The position numbers were made by a program, and so were the translations under genes. From Hyphochytrium catenoides (taxonomy: Eukaryota; Protista; Hyphochytriomycota), in contig FLMG01001544.1 of assembly GCA_900088475.1 (NCBI GenBank), positions 1 to 64,000 of the forward strand: a stretch of 64,000 nt of DNA. The letters are read 5' to 3'. The notes under the pieces are model-generated. The model did not search any database, was not told where the DNA came from, and saw only the letters and a program-made list of their open reading frames with translations. Below are positions 38,236 through 53,200 of this stretch, in pieces; positions within the stretch are counted from its first letter, which is position 1, and every line of letters begins with the position of its first letter.

Positions 38236-40138
38236 ATGATGAAGACCGAGGAGACTGTGATCGACCTCACTGATGATTCAGAAGAGAAGGCCCCTATTCG
38301 CAGACATTCTACCAAACAAACGGCTTTACGCCGCGCCCAAAGACAAGCCAGTGATGAGCCTGAGGTCGCCTATAAGGTTCAGCTCCCAACGGGTAAACGC
38401 ATTGATGTCGACGTTGCCTCCAGCGCATCAATTCTGGCACTGAAAGAGAAGATCAGGCTTGCGACTGAGGTGAGAAGCCCATGTGACGATGTATCAGGTC
38501 TAAGCTAACCAACAATGTAGATCCCTGAAGACAAGATGAGACTGATCACGGCGGGACGTGAACTGAAACCGGGTACAAAGCTCTTAAGCCAATGCGCTAT
38601 CCAGCCACATCAGCTCATACAGGTCTTTTCGAGCTATAAGCCACCACAAACGACGAGTCCAAGCGCTCAGTCAATACAACCTTCAGCCGCCTCGGCATCT
38701 GCTAGTCGGAAAGCGGTGATCGACATAGCGTCAATGGAAGGCAGCAATAACTCTGGCACCATGGCTTCGCTGGCTCAGCCGCAGCGGGGCCGAAAACGAA
38801 AGGCTCCAGCACCAGAAGCCGCACCAGCGGCAGCCCAATCTAGCTCTAGCACTGCTGACCAGAGGCAGCTTCCCTCTACCTCTGGTGCCAAGCGTAAAAG
38901 GGCGCCAAAGGTAATCATGATACCCGAGAACTCATAACAAGGAAGCAGTGATGAGAGGTAATGTTACTCAGGAAAAGGCTGAGCCCGTGGAGAAACGGCT
39001 CAAAAAGTACCTCCCTTCCGCTAGCCAGAAAGTCCGAGAACGAATAGCTCGCGCCATAACTCAACGATTATTCCTTATATCAAGGCGAAAATTGTCAGGT
39101 GTGTCGATGGAAGTTCTTATCCTTCTATGTGCATTACCTAACTCAACAGTTGTACCATTAGACGATCAGCCAGGCTACTCTTTCTCTGTTTTGGGATCAA
39201 CAGGTCAGTGAGGGTATGGCAGATTTAATATTAGTCAAGATCACTAACTCTTGTCTCTCTTGCCCGGGTCTGCAGGGAACGTCTATGAGGTTGCAATTTC
39301 CTCTTTAGTCAGCTGTACATGTCCAGATTTCTTGAAGGTGCGTTTTGCCATATTTGTGCCTTCATATCTAGCAACTCACAGTGGTTCCATTATCACTAGG
39401 GCAATCTCTGCAAGCACATTCTCTTTGTGATGCTCAAGGTTCTCCGTTTAGACTCGTCATCACCATTGGTCTGGCAGCGCGCTTTATTGAAAACAGAGCT
39501 AGAGTCCATTTTTGCTAGCGCCCCAGATCCCACCGGAAGAGTAGACATAATGGCAAATAGTCTTGTTCGGGAGCAGTACTCCAGGATTGAGGCTGGCTCA
39601 GGCGTGGCAAGGTTCGTGCTTTCAACGCTCTCTCAAGTGCATATTGTGCCTAGGCTAACACTGTAACAGGGACTGCAAGATGGACCAGAGGCCGATTGGA
39701 GACGACGACGATTGTCCAATCTGCTTCGACCCTCTCAAAAGCTACGGGGGGGAAGGGCTGGTTTACTGCCAGTATGGGTGTGGGCAAAGTAAGCACCGCT
39801 TCTGCTTTCCTTTTTAGGGCTTAGATTGACGGGCTGGCACCATTTCTGTCTCATATTTAGGCGTTCATCGCAAATGTTGGGATAACTGGAGAAAACAGCA
39901 GACAAGGAGTGGCGGGGAGGTCTCCTGCATCTACTGCCGAGCAGCATGGGAACCGCGAAGGGCACTACCAGGAGACCCAGATTCGGCCTACGTCAACATG
40001 GGAGTATTGCAAGGGCAACCCACTGAGAGGGAACCATATCAACAGCCTTACAGACGTCGACGGAACTACCGCTCAAGCTGGTCTCGAGACTATGATGACG
40101 ATTATGACGAGGGAGATGACGAAGACTGGGCCTACTGA
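38236..40138 (+). CDS. Ubiquitin-like domain + SWIM + RING (MEKK1/ZSWIM2-type C4HC3) putative E3 ligase, multi-exon
   Basis: UBL (YKVQLPTGKRIDVDVASSASILALKEKI..IPEDKMRLITAGREL), ERIARAITQRLFLI, FSVLGSTGNVY..SCTCPDFLKGNLCKHILFV (SWIM), CPIC..CQYGCGQSVHRKC..CIYCRAAW (RING). Confidence 0.88.
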
Positions 40139-40866
40139 CAGAGCTCTAGGCCTGATGAGTAGACTAATCGCTGGCTGTTTCTGATGAAGCTTCAAAAGCG
40201 CAATGACAATGATCTGCAATTCTCTGCAATCTGCAACAAGGAAAATCAGAGCTCAATAAAACCAGAGCTGAGTTATCAATTATCATTGATTACATCTGTT
40301 GATAGTTTCGGATCCACATGTTCACAGCTGGACACTGGACATCTTTCTACAGTACGAGTATGACCTCCATCAGATCATCAGATCACAATCTGCCGGATGC
40401 ACAGATCTGGGTGAAGATTTCCTGATGAGCTGAAGATTTGGGAACAGCACTCAGTCTAGGTGACGTGGGCGCAAGTCTTGCTATTGTAGGGAAGAGGGAG
40501 ACTTTATTATATTTGGCTGGGTCCTTTGCCCGGACTCACTCAAAGCGCTTCTTTGATCGACCCTTAAGCCGCCAAAGCAATAACATCGATTTGGCCAGTG
40601 CGGACAGTAGGAGGCATAGTGTTTATTGCTGGATTTGCAAGTGCCTACTTCTACGCCTACTTCTTACCGCTCGATTTATAAGCTGCTAGTTAAGAGGGGG
40701 TACCAATCTTCTTGCTCTAATTGGAGGGAGGGTCGTTTCTCTGCTAGCCTTAAGCAGTGTTGTTGATTCATCCAAAGATGAGGATAGGCAGTCCTCCTTG
40801 TTACTAGAGCGAGTGGAGCGAACAAAAGGCAGTACTCTTGGCTGACTCTCGTGTACTTCTCGAATC

Positions 40867-43103
40867 ATGAGTCGATCAGGAACTAAAAACAATCCAGCTA
40901 CAAGCGTTTTCGGTTCGTATCTGTGCTCATTGCTCTGTGTCCTACCTGTTTTACCAATATGACAATGTGGGTTGCTTCTGGTAGTGGGCAATATACCGTA
41001 TGACGTTTCGGAAGAGAAGCTCAGAGAGGTTTTCGCGCAAGTAGGGCAAGTGGTTAGCTTCAGGTGAGCTAAGACCATGCCGGTGATCATAGCTTCATCT
41101 AAAGGCAACATATTTTGCCAGGCTTGTCTATGATAGAGATACAGGGAAGCCGAAGGGCTATGGCTTCTGCGAATATGCTGATGGCTTCACAGCCATGAGT
41201 GCTATGCGTAACCTGAACGGTTATGAGATAAATGGAAGAGCCATAAGAGTGGACTTTGCCGAAGGTTGGCCGACTTTATCTGTTGCCTGTTTCTTTTGAC
41301 TCATGCTGCGTACCAAAGGTGGACCTTTGTGGGTCCAGCTTCTAACAATCCTCTAAACTTAAAGGCGACAAAAAGGAAGGTGGAGGCCCGTCCAAACCAG
41401 TACCAGATGCAGGAATGGCAGCTGCAGAGGATGTCGTCAAAGGCTTCAGTCCTTCCCAGCTCGTAGAGCTATTGAGAGAATTGAAAGTCAGTTTGCTGTA
41501 TCCTTCCTTACTTTTACATACTTCTGACGTACTTACTTGAAGGGCCTGGCGAAGACTGAACCAGAGAAGACAAAGGCACTCTTCTCTTCCTACCCCTCGG
41601 CTGGCTTCGCGGTGATGCATTCCTTGAAGGTCCTTGGAGTCACCTTTTCTGAAAGCCCGAAGCCCACGGAGGCAGCGGTAAGTCTTTGAGCAAAAGACGG
41701 GATCCCAAGAGCTAGTGCTCACTGCAGTAGCCTAGTTACCCCGCTTCCTCTAATCATTCAACTATCTGCTCTCGCTTGTTTTGGGTCTCCTTCCCTGTTG
41801 ACCTCTGTGGCAGCCCTGTTCTCTCTGTTTCTGACATTTACCGATTTGAAACCATAGGCACCAATTCTAGGCTCGCCTGCGTCTGCAAATCGTCCACTGC
41901 AGCAGTTTTCACAAACCCACCAATCCACCCAACAAGGGATATTACCAGCGACCCCTGCAACTTCAATGCCCGGGAGTTATGGAACAACCATTGGCCAAGC
42001 AGCACCTTCATATCCGCCAGCTTCAACAACCTACCCTACCAACTCTCAAATGGTGCCACCGGGTAGCGGACGTCAACATTCCCAGCAGGTTTGCTTTCTT
42101 ACTATTGATCTTGGCTCACCTTCTTCCGCTTTCACTCAATCCTGCACTCGGTCCTTGTTCGCGCTAACGCAACCTAACTCCGACCTACGTGTGGTGCAGA
42201 CATCCGCTCCCGCGCTACACTCCAGTTCTGGGCAGCTTGCTTCTGGGCAGGGGCCCCTAGATCCTAGACTACGGCCTGGTATGGACCCCAGACAACGCCT
42301 TCAAGACCCAAGGGGCCAGCCACCGCTAGATCCTCGGCTTCAACCTCCAGAACCGAGGTATCAGGAACCAAGGCTGCAAGAACCTCAGCGATTTGTAGAT
42401 CCCCGGCATCATGAGAACAGACAGGTTTTAGCCCCCTCCAGCCCTTGAGATGAACAATGCAAATCATTCTGACCCCTTCTCTCTTCACTCTATATTCATC
42501 TCTTCGTTCTGTAGGTACCTCCTCAAAACCCAGCTACGCATGCTCTGCGTCGAGATGGTCCACCGTCTCATATGGGTGGGAGGCTCGATCACAGTCACCC
42601 TGCCCAGTCCATGAGAATGGAACCAATGCGCCAACCTCCGCCGGGCCGAATGGACCATCCTCCCTCTCATTACCCGCCAAATAGAATGGAGCCTCCTCCG
42701 CGTGGTGCCCCACCTATGCAAGGTCATCCACATCACCCTTCTCGTGCTCATGGCGCCAGAATGGAGCCGGGCCCCCCGCACATGCTAGATAGGAGAGACC
42801 ATCCGCAGGCGTTAGGACCCCACCACCCAATGCAGGTAGGTCATGGGAGGTCTACAAAACAAGAGGCACCGCATAGGCGTGGAGTAGAACTATGACCATT
42901 TTGCAAGAGTTTGCAGCCAAGGAAGGATATAGAAATGTGAGGGACAAGGTCTGGGACAAAAAGTTCTGGGACGGACTTAGGACGGGTTTCAGCTCCTTGG
43001 GCTAATGAGGCTTCTCTTGCTGTAGGGTTCGGGCCCAAGAGGACCTCCCCCTCGACCTTTCCCTTCTCCTCCTAGCGACCCCCGGAAGAGACGCCGCTTC
43101 TAG
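40867..43103 (+). CDS. CSTF2: Cleavage stimulation factor 64 kDa subunit (CstF-64/Rna15)-like RRM protein, multi-exon
   Basis: SVF|[26 protein letters not shown]|[40 protein letters not shown], hinge-like [21 protein letters not shown], then a Pro/Gln-rich repeat region. Confidence 0.88.
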
Positions 43104-43527
43104 TGTCAAGGTGAACTAATTAATGGGAAAGGAATAAAGGGAAGGCCATTCTTACCAGCTTGTAGGACTTTTTCATTGGTATCTGCTGCGGTCTCCACCG
43201 ATATCTTCGGGTGTTCAATAGTATCTCACGCATGTTACCATTGAGAACTTGCCACTACTTAGTCTTGGGCTCCATGAACGTGATCATTCCATCTTCCCCT
43301 TTAACGTCAAACTCTTGATCAGATCATCGGCTTGAGGTTAAGTTATGAGGATTAAATAGGTTCTGCTTTCTTACTCTAGAGTTCGTGATTATATTGAATT
43401 GTCGTCTTCGTCCCCGGTTTCCACCCCCACGCGCCTGAAAAGTGGCATCGCTGTTAATAATCCCTTATCCCCTATCATAGATCAGCTTGCTGCGAAAAAT
43501 GTCCTTAGGCTTGTCCATAACTATCTT

Positions 43528-46888
<3,361 letters not shown>

Positions 46889-47254
46889 GGTCCCCTTTCA
46901 GGATGGGCCCAGCGAACTGCAGGACTAAAAAAGGCTCTCTCCGTAGCGATGGTCAGGGTTAGTGAAAGGATTGGCGTCCTGGTGAAGAACAGACGCTTCA
47001 CTTTATTCCCCTTCCATCTGCCCAGAAGCAAAACTGGAGCGATCCACCTCTCAGCGCATCCATCGTCAACGGCAATTGAGCCTTGGGTCTTCCCTCACTG
47101 ATGATGGTTGGAAGTGCAGCGGTGATCAAAAGGTTGATGTGGATGGATCATATTGTTGAGCGGGAAGCTTCCTATCCGACCAGACGAAGCTCAGCTTGCA
47201 GCTCAATTAGCAGCAAGCACGCACTGTCTCGCTCTCTGTATCTCTGCATTAAAC

Positions 47255-47257
<3 letters not shown>

Positions 47258-47286
<29 letters not shown>
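47258..47286. repeat. (CT)n microsatellite
   Basis: Perfect CT run in the region upstream of the PI4K gene. Confidence 0.9.
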
Positions 47287-47289
<3 letters not shown>

Positions 47290-47670
47290 GGGGAAGTGAA
47301 CTTACAACCAAACTTCACCGCCATTGACACAGAATGGAGACTTTACTTCACATTCACAGACAAAATTGTAGAAATGAAGGTGTGTTGGGGGGAGAAATTA
47401 AGATGTTTTTTACGAGAAAGCCCCAAAAGCCGTCATTATCTTTCACCAACAGTGAAGATTACTCCTACAAAGGACACCAAAGAGGTTTCCTCTCAGGTGT
47501 ACCTGGTACTTTGCTAGTAGTAGTCCTGCACTAGTACCATCCGCTCTCCCTTTCTTGACTTGTGCTTCAACTTGTTTGAGCACATCTTGAGAACAGGGAT
47601 CCTTGAGCTGAAGGAGTGTCGCTTGGCTTTACTGGTACATCTCTGACATTGGCGCCTGGCGGACGAGCTC

Positions 47671-48232
47671 TCAGAAAGCCCTCCTGCGATAGGATGAGGC
47701 CGTAATGATACCTATCCGGGCTCTTCAGAGCTGTGCCAATGGCTGGCTTGGTGGGCCTACCTCCTCTTCTTTCTGTCTGCCCGCTTTGACACAGTGCTGA
47801 TGCCCTTGGCCCAAACAGACTGACTTGTAAGCTGCGGAACTGTCGACACTTCAGTATCTCCACCCTGCGAAGCATGTCCACCGCCTTCGGTAAAAGAGTT
47901 TGTTAGACTCGTCCAAGGCAGCGAAAGTCGTGTAGACTGCACTACAGATGCAACAAGTGTAATCATATCCATCCTTTTGCCCTAGCCAAGCTTTCTTTCC
48001 TTCCATTCGCACCCAACACCAACTTCTAGCGCTGTGCGTCGTGGTTGAATGACCTGACCTTCTAAAAAGTAACAGTGGCTTGCCAAATATAAGAAAGCGG
48101 TACAACTAGCCAGCCCCAGTGACTAATACAATCACCCTTGGTCGAATAATCTACATGCATCACTGAAAGAGCAAGGGGCACACCGGCGACAGGGTTACTA
48201 GCCAGCATCTCCGGCTTCGGCTGGCTGCTCAT
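47671..48232 (-). CDS. Possible small spliced hypothetical protein (about 75-80 aa)
   Basis: One phase-consistent GT-AG path gives MSSQPKPEMLASNPVA|EGQVIQPRRTALEV|GGGHASQ..KRADRKKRR|RAF*; no recognisable domain, and other splicing paths are equally possible. Confidence 0.2.
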
Positions 48233-48400
48233 TATTTCGGAAACGTTAATGCGCATGCCGCCTATAACGTATCTTAGGTCTGCTGGGTTGGAATAGCCTC
48301 ATACACTTAGGTTGGCAATAAGTTATTGGCTGGCTGCCCTCGTCAAGCGGATGGAGAACAGGTCCAGTTTACTGTACAAAAACTCTGTATAAAGAAGATG

Positions 48401-49491
48401 TCAGCTTTGCGCACTCAATGTTTTCGCCCTTTTAGGGGAAGACTGTCCGTCAGCAACGTCTTTCCGCTTAAGGCAGTCGGTAGGGGTGTCTGATGTCTGC
48501 TTTTCTCCCGCCCTAGCCTTACTCTCCAAACTAGTTGGGGGGAGAGCAGGTCCAGTAGTGATGGCCTGCTCCTTCGACGCAGGATGACGAGAACCCATAG
48601 CCGCTCCCACTTTCCTCTCTTGGGACAGTTTAGAGTCCGGACCGGTAGCAGGACCTATTTGGATCTTGGGCTTCAAATCGGCTGCTCCAGTCGAGCCATC
48701 TCCCAACGTTTCTTCTGCCTGTGGCTTCCCAAAACCAGGAGGAAGAGCTGGCCCAATGGCTGTAGGTCTTGCGGGACCCTTGACAGGTCTGGTTGGTCCC
48801 TTGACAGCCGTCGATCTTGTCTCCTGGCGCTTGAGGCGTCGCTCATACTCTTGCAGCTGCCTCATAAAACTCGCATTTGGTTGAACCTGCATAGTCAATC
48901 GTCAGAAAAAAAGACTGATTGCATTGTTGCCTGGAACCGTACTGTTGCTCTTCTGGCCTTGACCTCTGCCAGCGCTTCTTCAAAGGAAAGCTTTCTAGTC
49001 TTCATTAGATAGGCGATGACAATGGAAGGAGATCTGCTGACTCCCTTGTTACAATGTACAAGCACCCCACCTGCCTCCATAATAGTGTCAACCCAAAGTT
49101 ACAAGGATAATTGACGATGGAAGAAAAGCTTACCATAGTGCTTGCCTTGCTCAATAAATGATATGCATCCGTCTAATGATCGGAGGATATCCTCTGCACT
49201 GTTGTCAAATAGGGCACAGCGCTTGTATCTAAGGCCATAAAGGGAATGTAAGGACAAAGAAAAGGAATTTTATGAGGGCACCGCCTTACACGAAGTTGTG
49301 CCTTACACGAAGTTCTTATCCTTCTCAAAGAAGTTCGGCGTCCCCGCCACTGGATCATCATTCCTAGTGGGTGTGGCATTGAGAATGTGACGGATGCCTA
49401 ACTTTTGGAGGACCTCCTTGTTCTTCGCGTCCACGCGGCTCCCCAGATAGAGGAACGGCAATATCTGTGATGGTTGGCCTTCATCTTCCAT
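48401..49491 (-). CDS. Dual-specificity protein phosphatase with Pro-rich C-terminal tail; 4 exons
   Basis: PSQILPFLYLGS..LGIRHILNA, VYKRCALFDNSAEDI, active site VLVHCNKGVSRS, AYLM, VQPNASFMRQL. Confidence 0.92.
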
Positions 49492-50255
49492 CTTCAGATC
49501 CAGGCCGCTTCGTTACCTTTCCCCTTTCCTCTCAAAGAGCTAGGTGCGCTATACAAAGCTGATGCTCAGGGCTTATTACCGCTCAGTCAGTCAAGGGACC
49601 AACTTCACCTTCCACCAAGGTTGGACCAGGCCAACAGCTAGGCCAACTAACATAGAGGTCCAAGGATAATCTGAAGATGAAGGAGCTTCTGGCTGTTCAA
49701 TCAGAGGTTCGTTTTAGCGGCGACAAGTCCTACAGATCGACAACACTTGGGAGTTCAACGCCCACATAAACAACGGTTCTGACATACACCCAAAAGAATC
49801 TAATCTTTATGACGAGCAGCACCTGTGATTCGCCAATTGATTCTTTTCCGCCTGATTTTCTTTGGAGGAGTGAAAGGTAACTTCATTGAGCTCTTCCAGA
49901 AGCCCTGGCAGTGAGAGAGTACAGCAGACAGAACTATTCATGGGAGGAAGGCGGTCGGCTCGCTGGTTGAAGCTTCAGCCGCAGTCCTTGCAGACGATTA
50001 CCTGCTCCGCGAGCAGCTTGTATATAGTCTGGTCATTAGCCTGCGCGAGGAAGCCGCCTTGCGTAGTCCAAGGAGGGATCACGCCTAAGGGTTCTGCTCG
50101 TTTAAGTCACCAGGCTGATCAATATTGACCGCAAGTGGCACTTCAGGGAGGGACATGATCGCTCAGCAGGCTACCAACACCTCAGCGGCCTCTACAGCCG
50201 TACCACGCCACTAATTGGCTGGACGCGGTATCGTCGAGGTCGGATCCGTCAGTGA

Positions 50256-53200
50256 ATGCGCATCTCTGACAGGAGCGCCGAGAGACACCCCCGCGAGGTT
50301 CTGATCAGAAAGACTATTGTATCTGGCGACAGATCACAGACCAGACTCTCAGAATCAACCATGATGACTCCTCCTCACTCTCAAAAGACAGCCCACGGAG
50401 TTGCTTTATTGGTTAGCTCTGCCGGAGAGGAGTCCGATAATCAAGACAAAAGCGGTCCAGGACTTCGAGGGTTGCGTGGCCAGTCCTTAAAGAGGTCCGT
50501 TCAAGTGGAGGTTTTCTCGAAGAAACCCTTCCGGAAGGACTCCGCGGGAAGGGTGCGGCGTGTGCTTCTAGCCTTCCAGGTACTTGAGGCGCAATCTTAA
50601 CCTTTATGGCCCTCTCCTAAGCAATCTCCTTTCAGGTATCCAAGGTTGCAAATCGCGGGATGTTTAGCAGCAACCGAGGCCCAAACAATGATAAGATGAG
50701 GATAATCTGCGCAACTATGGCAGCAACTTCAGATGTCGAAAGAGTAAATAGAAGAAAGAGTGCAAGCGCTCCAGGTGGGTCAAAAGTTCTTATCGTTCAG
50801 CTAGAGCACTTATAGGATCTTCTCTATGTCGCGCTCTAAGTCGAGCAACTCGCTCTCGGATCTCTACCAGCTCGGGGCTGCGTCCCTAATCGCCTGTCAC
50901 TCTCTTTTCCCGTCTTTTCTGCGACAATTTGTCTGTTACCCAGCAGAAGCCTCAGGAGACGCTCAGGTGGAAATGCATTACATTACCATAGAGCAGAACC
51001 TGGCCTTTAATGTTCGCAGGTCATTTCCTCTGAGTGATCTCGTGAAAGTTGAAGGGAGCAACGTCGGGGATGGCTCCGACTTCACCCTCACCTTTGAAAA
51101 AGAGTCTCCATACCGTTGGGCCGCAGCATCCAAGCAGCTGAAGGAGGAGATTCTCTGGTGTCTCCTTCACCTTTGCCATCGGTTTCGTGTAAGGTGCCAG
51201 CTTAAAGCAGAAGGATCTCGACTTATCTTGGGCCTTTCCATTTGCAGGACACAATGCCACAGCTCTTCCACGTAGATGAGCTCGCTCTGAACCAAAGAGC
51301 AGCAGAGGAGAAATTCACGCTGAAGTACGAGACCATTAACTGGGAGGCAGAGAACAAGGTACGTCTAAGAGACGGCCCCTTGTGTGAGTCCACCATACTC
51401 ACTCCTCTCCAGGGCGAAGCACCTGACTCTGAATACGAGATCGCTGACGAGAACAATGCTGAAAGCCCTAAGCACAGTCATGCTGAAGGGCTGCTCTCCA
51501 GTGATGAGCAGGCAGATCTCACATTCTTCATGAAATCAGACGATTGGTAAGGGCGTCTCGTCTTCTCGACTAGTTCACCTTGATCCGATAGTATGATGGG
51601 TGATTTCTATCGACCTACGCCGGGGGCTTCTAGAGCGCGGTTTCTCTCGTTCCACCGACATAGTTATTTTGACAGGCAACTCTTCAAAAAAGATGCTGAA
51701 GGCTTAAAAGATCAACTACGGAAGAGGTTATATGAGTCTGAATGTAAAAATTTGGAGTACCTTTTACAATGGGAAGCTACACAGAGACAGGGAAACTCAG
51801 TAAGACCTTACGGCTTAGCTCTCTTATTATGACGCCACTAAAACTTCACATTGCCAAACTGGGAAAACTCCACCTCTGAGACTGTCTTATCATTGTTTTA
51901 TACTTAAAGTTTGCTTTCAGGCGCTCTTTCCGTGTATTAGCCTCCCTCTTAACAGTATATCTTTGAACTTTTACCTGTGATGTAGACATTTCCGACTGGG
52001 GAATTCACTGTGCCTCTTCTGGTCTTTTGGCATCGATGTCCAGCACGGGATCCCTTGTAGCCCCCTCTCTCTTTTTCCCTAAGAAAATCTTTCTACGTGT
52101 CCCTTTTATAGTGCCATTGTTCCCATTACGGCTACCACGGACTAATTGCCGTTGGGGNNNNNNNNNNNNNNNNNNNNNNNNNNNNNNNNNCCAAAGCATG
52201 GAAATATGGCTTGGAGGCTATCAGCAAGCGCTCGCCGTGGTACAGGAGGACATGAAAGAGATTCAGGTGAGTTGAGATTACAAGCTAGCTACGGGGCTTT
52301 GGAAGCCCATCGCCCTTACAATCCACTTCTTTCTTAGGGCTTGAATAACAAGCTTGAGGTGCAGTCTAGAAACCAGCGACTACTTGAAAAGGAGCTAGAG
52401 ACAATCATCAAGGTCCGCTTGCGTCTTTGTATCCCTTATTCTGCAAGCCCGCTAAAGCCGCCAGTCGCGTTTGTAGAGCGTGGAACTCTCCGCAGCTGCC
52501 CAGGAAATATTTCAAAACCCAGTAAAAGCTCTAGAAGATAGCCAGGACGACCCTCTTGGAGAAAAGAAAGAAAAGCTTGTCCAAGCTGCAGAGGAGCTTC
52601 AAAAAGCCATTGAGGCTTCTGACAAAGGACCAGGACGCATGGTAGGCATCATGGAGTCGGTCGTCTTCTTTGAGGGCTAGATCTGGGACGAATGGGGTTG
52701 ATTAGGGGAATCCACTTTTTTTCCATATCATTACTAGTTTGCCTCATTCTTGTCTCAATGTTGTTGTACACAGTTATCTACTATCCGAGAGCGCGGAAAC
52801 GACCTTCGAGAAACTGCACAAGACTTCAGTGACGCTCTGTGCACGTGAGACAGGGCTTTAACCACTTCTTCATAAAAGTTTATGAACGTTTTTTGCCAGT
52901 TGTACCTCTCTGACTTTGGTTTGCAGTGGACTACGGCGCGCCTTATCTTCGACACTTAATGTATGCTTTTATTGAAGCCAGACTGACACTTGTTCTATTC
53001 GTAGAACTATCAAAGCCCATTTCAAAGAAGCTACTGTGGGAGATGCTCAGCAGCGGCGTCGCTCGTCTTCTGCATTAAACTTCATGAACGCCAAAGGACA
53101 GCTGGACATTGACTCGCTCTCAACAATCGATAACAGAAGTATACAAATCTCGCTCATGGAAGACAAGGTCCCTTTCATTGTTGCCAACTTCGCCATTCCT

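Noticed and set aside
25087-40138. Three ubiquitin-ligase-type genes within 15 kb as a functional cluster
   Set aside because: Such genes are common in eukaryotes, are interleaved with unrelated genes and share no sequence; no evidence of co-regulation.
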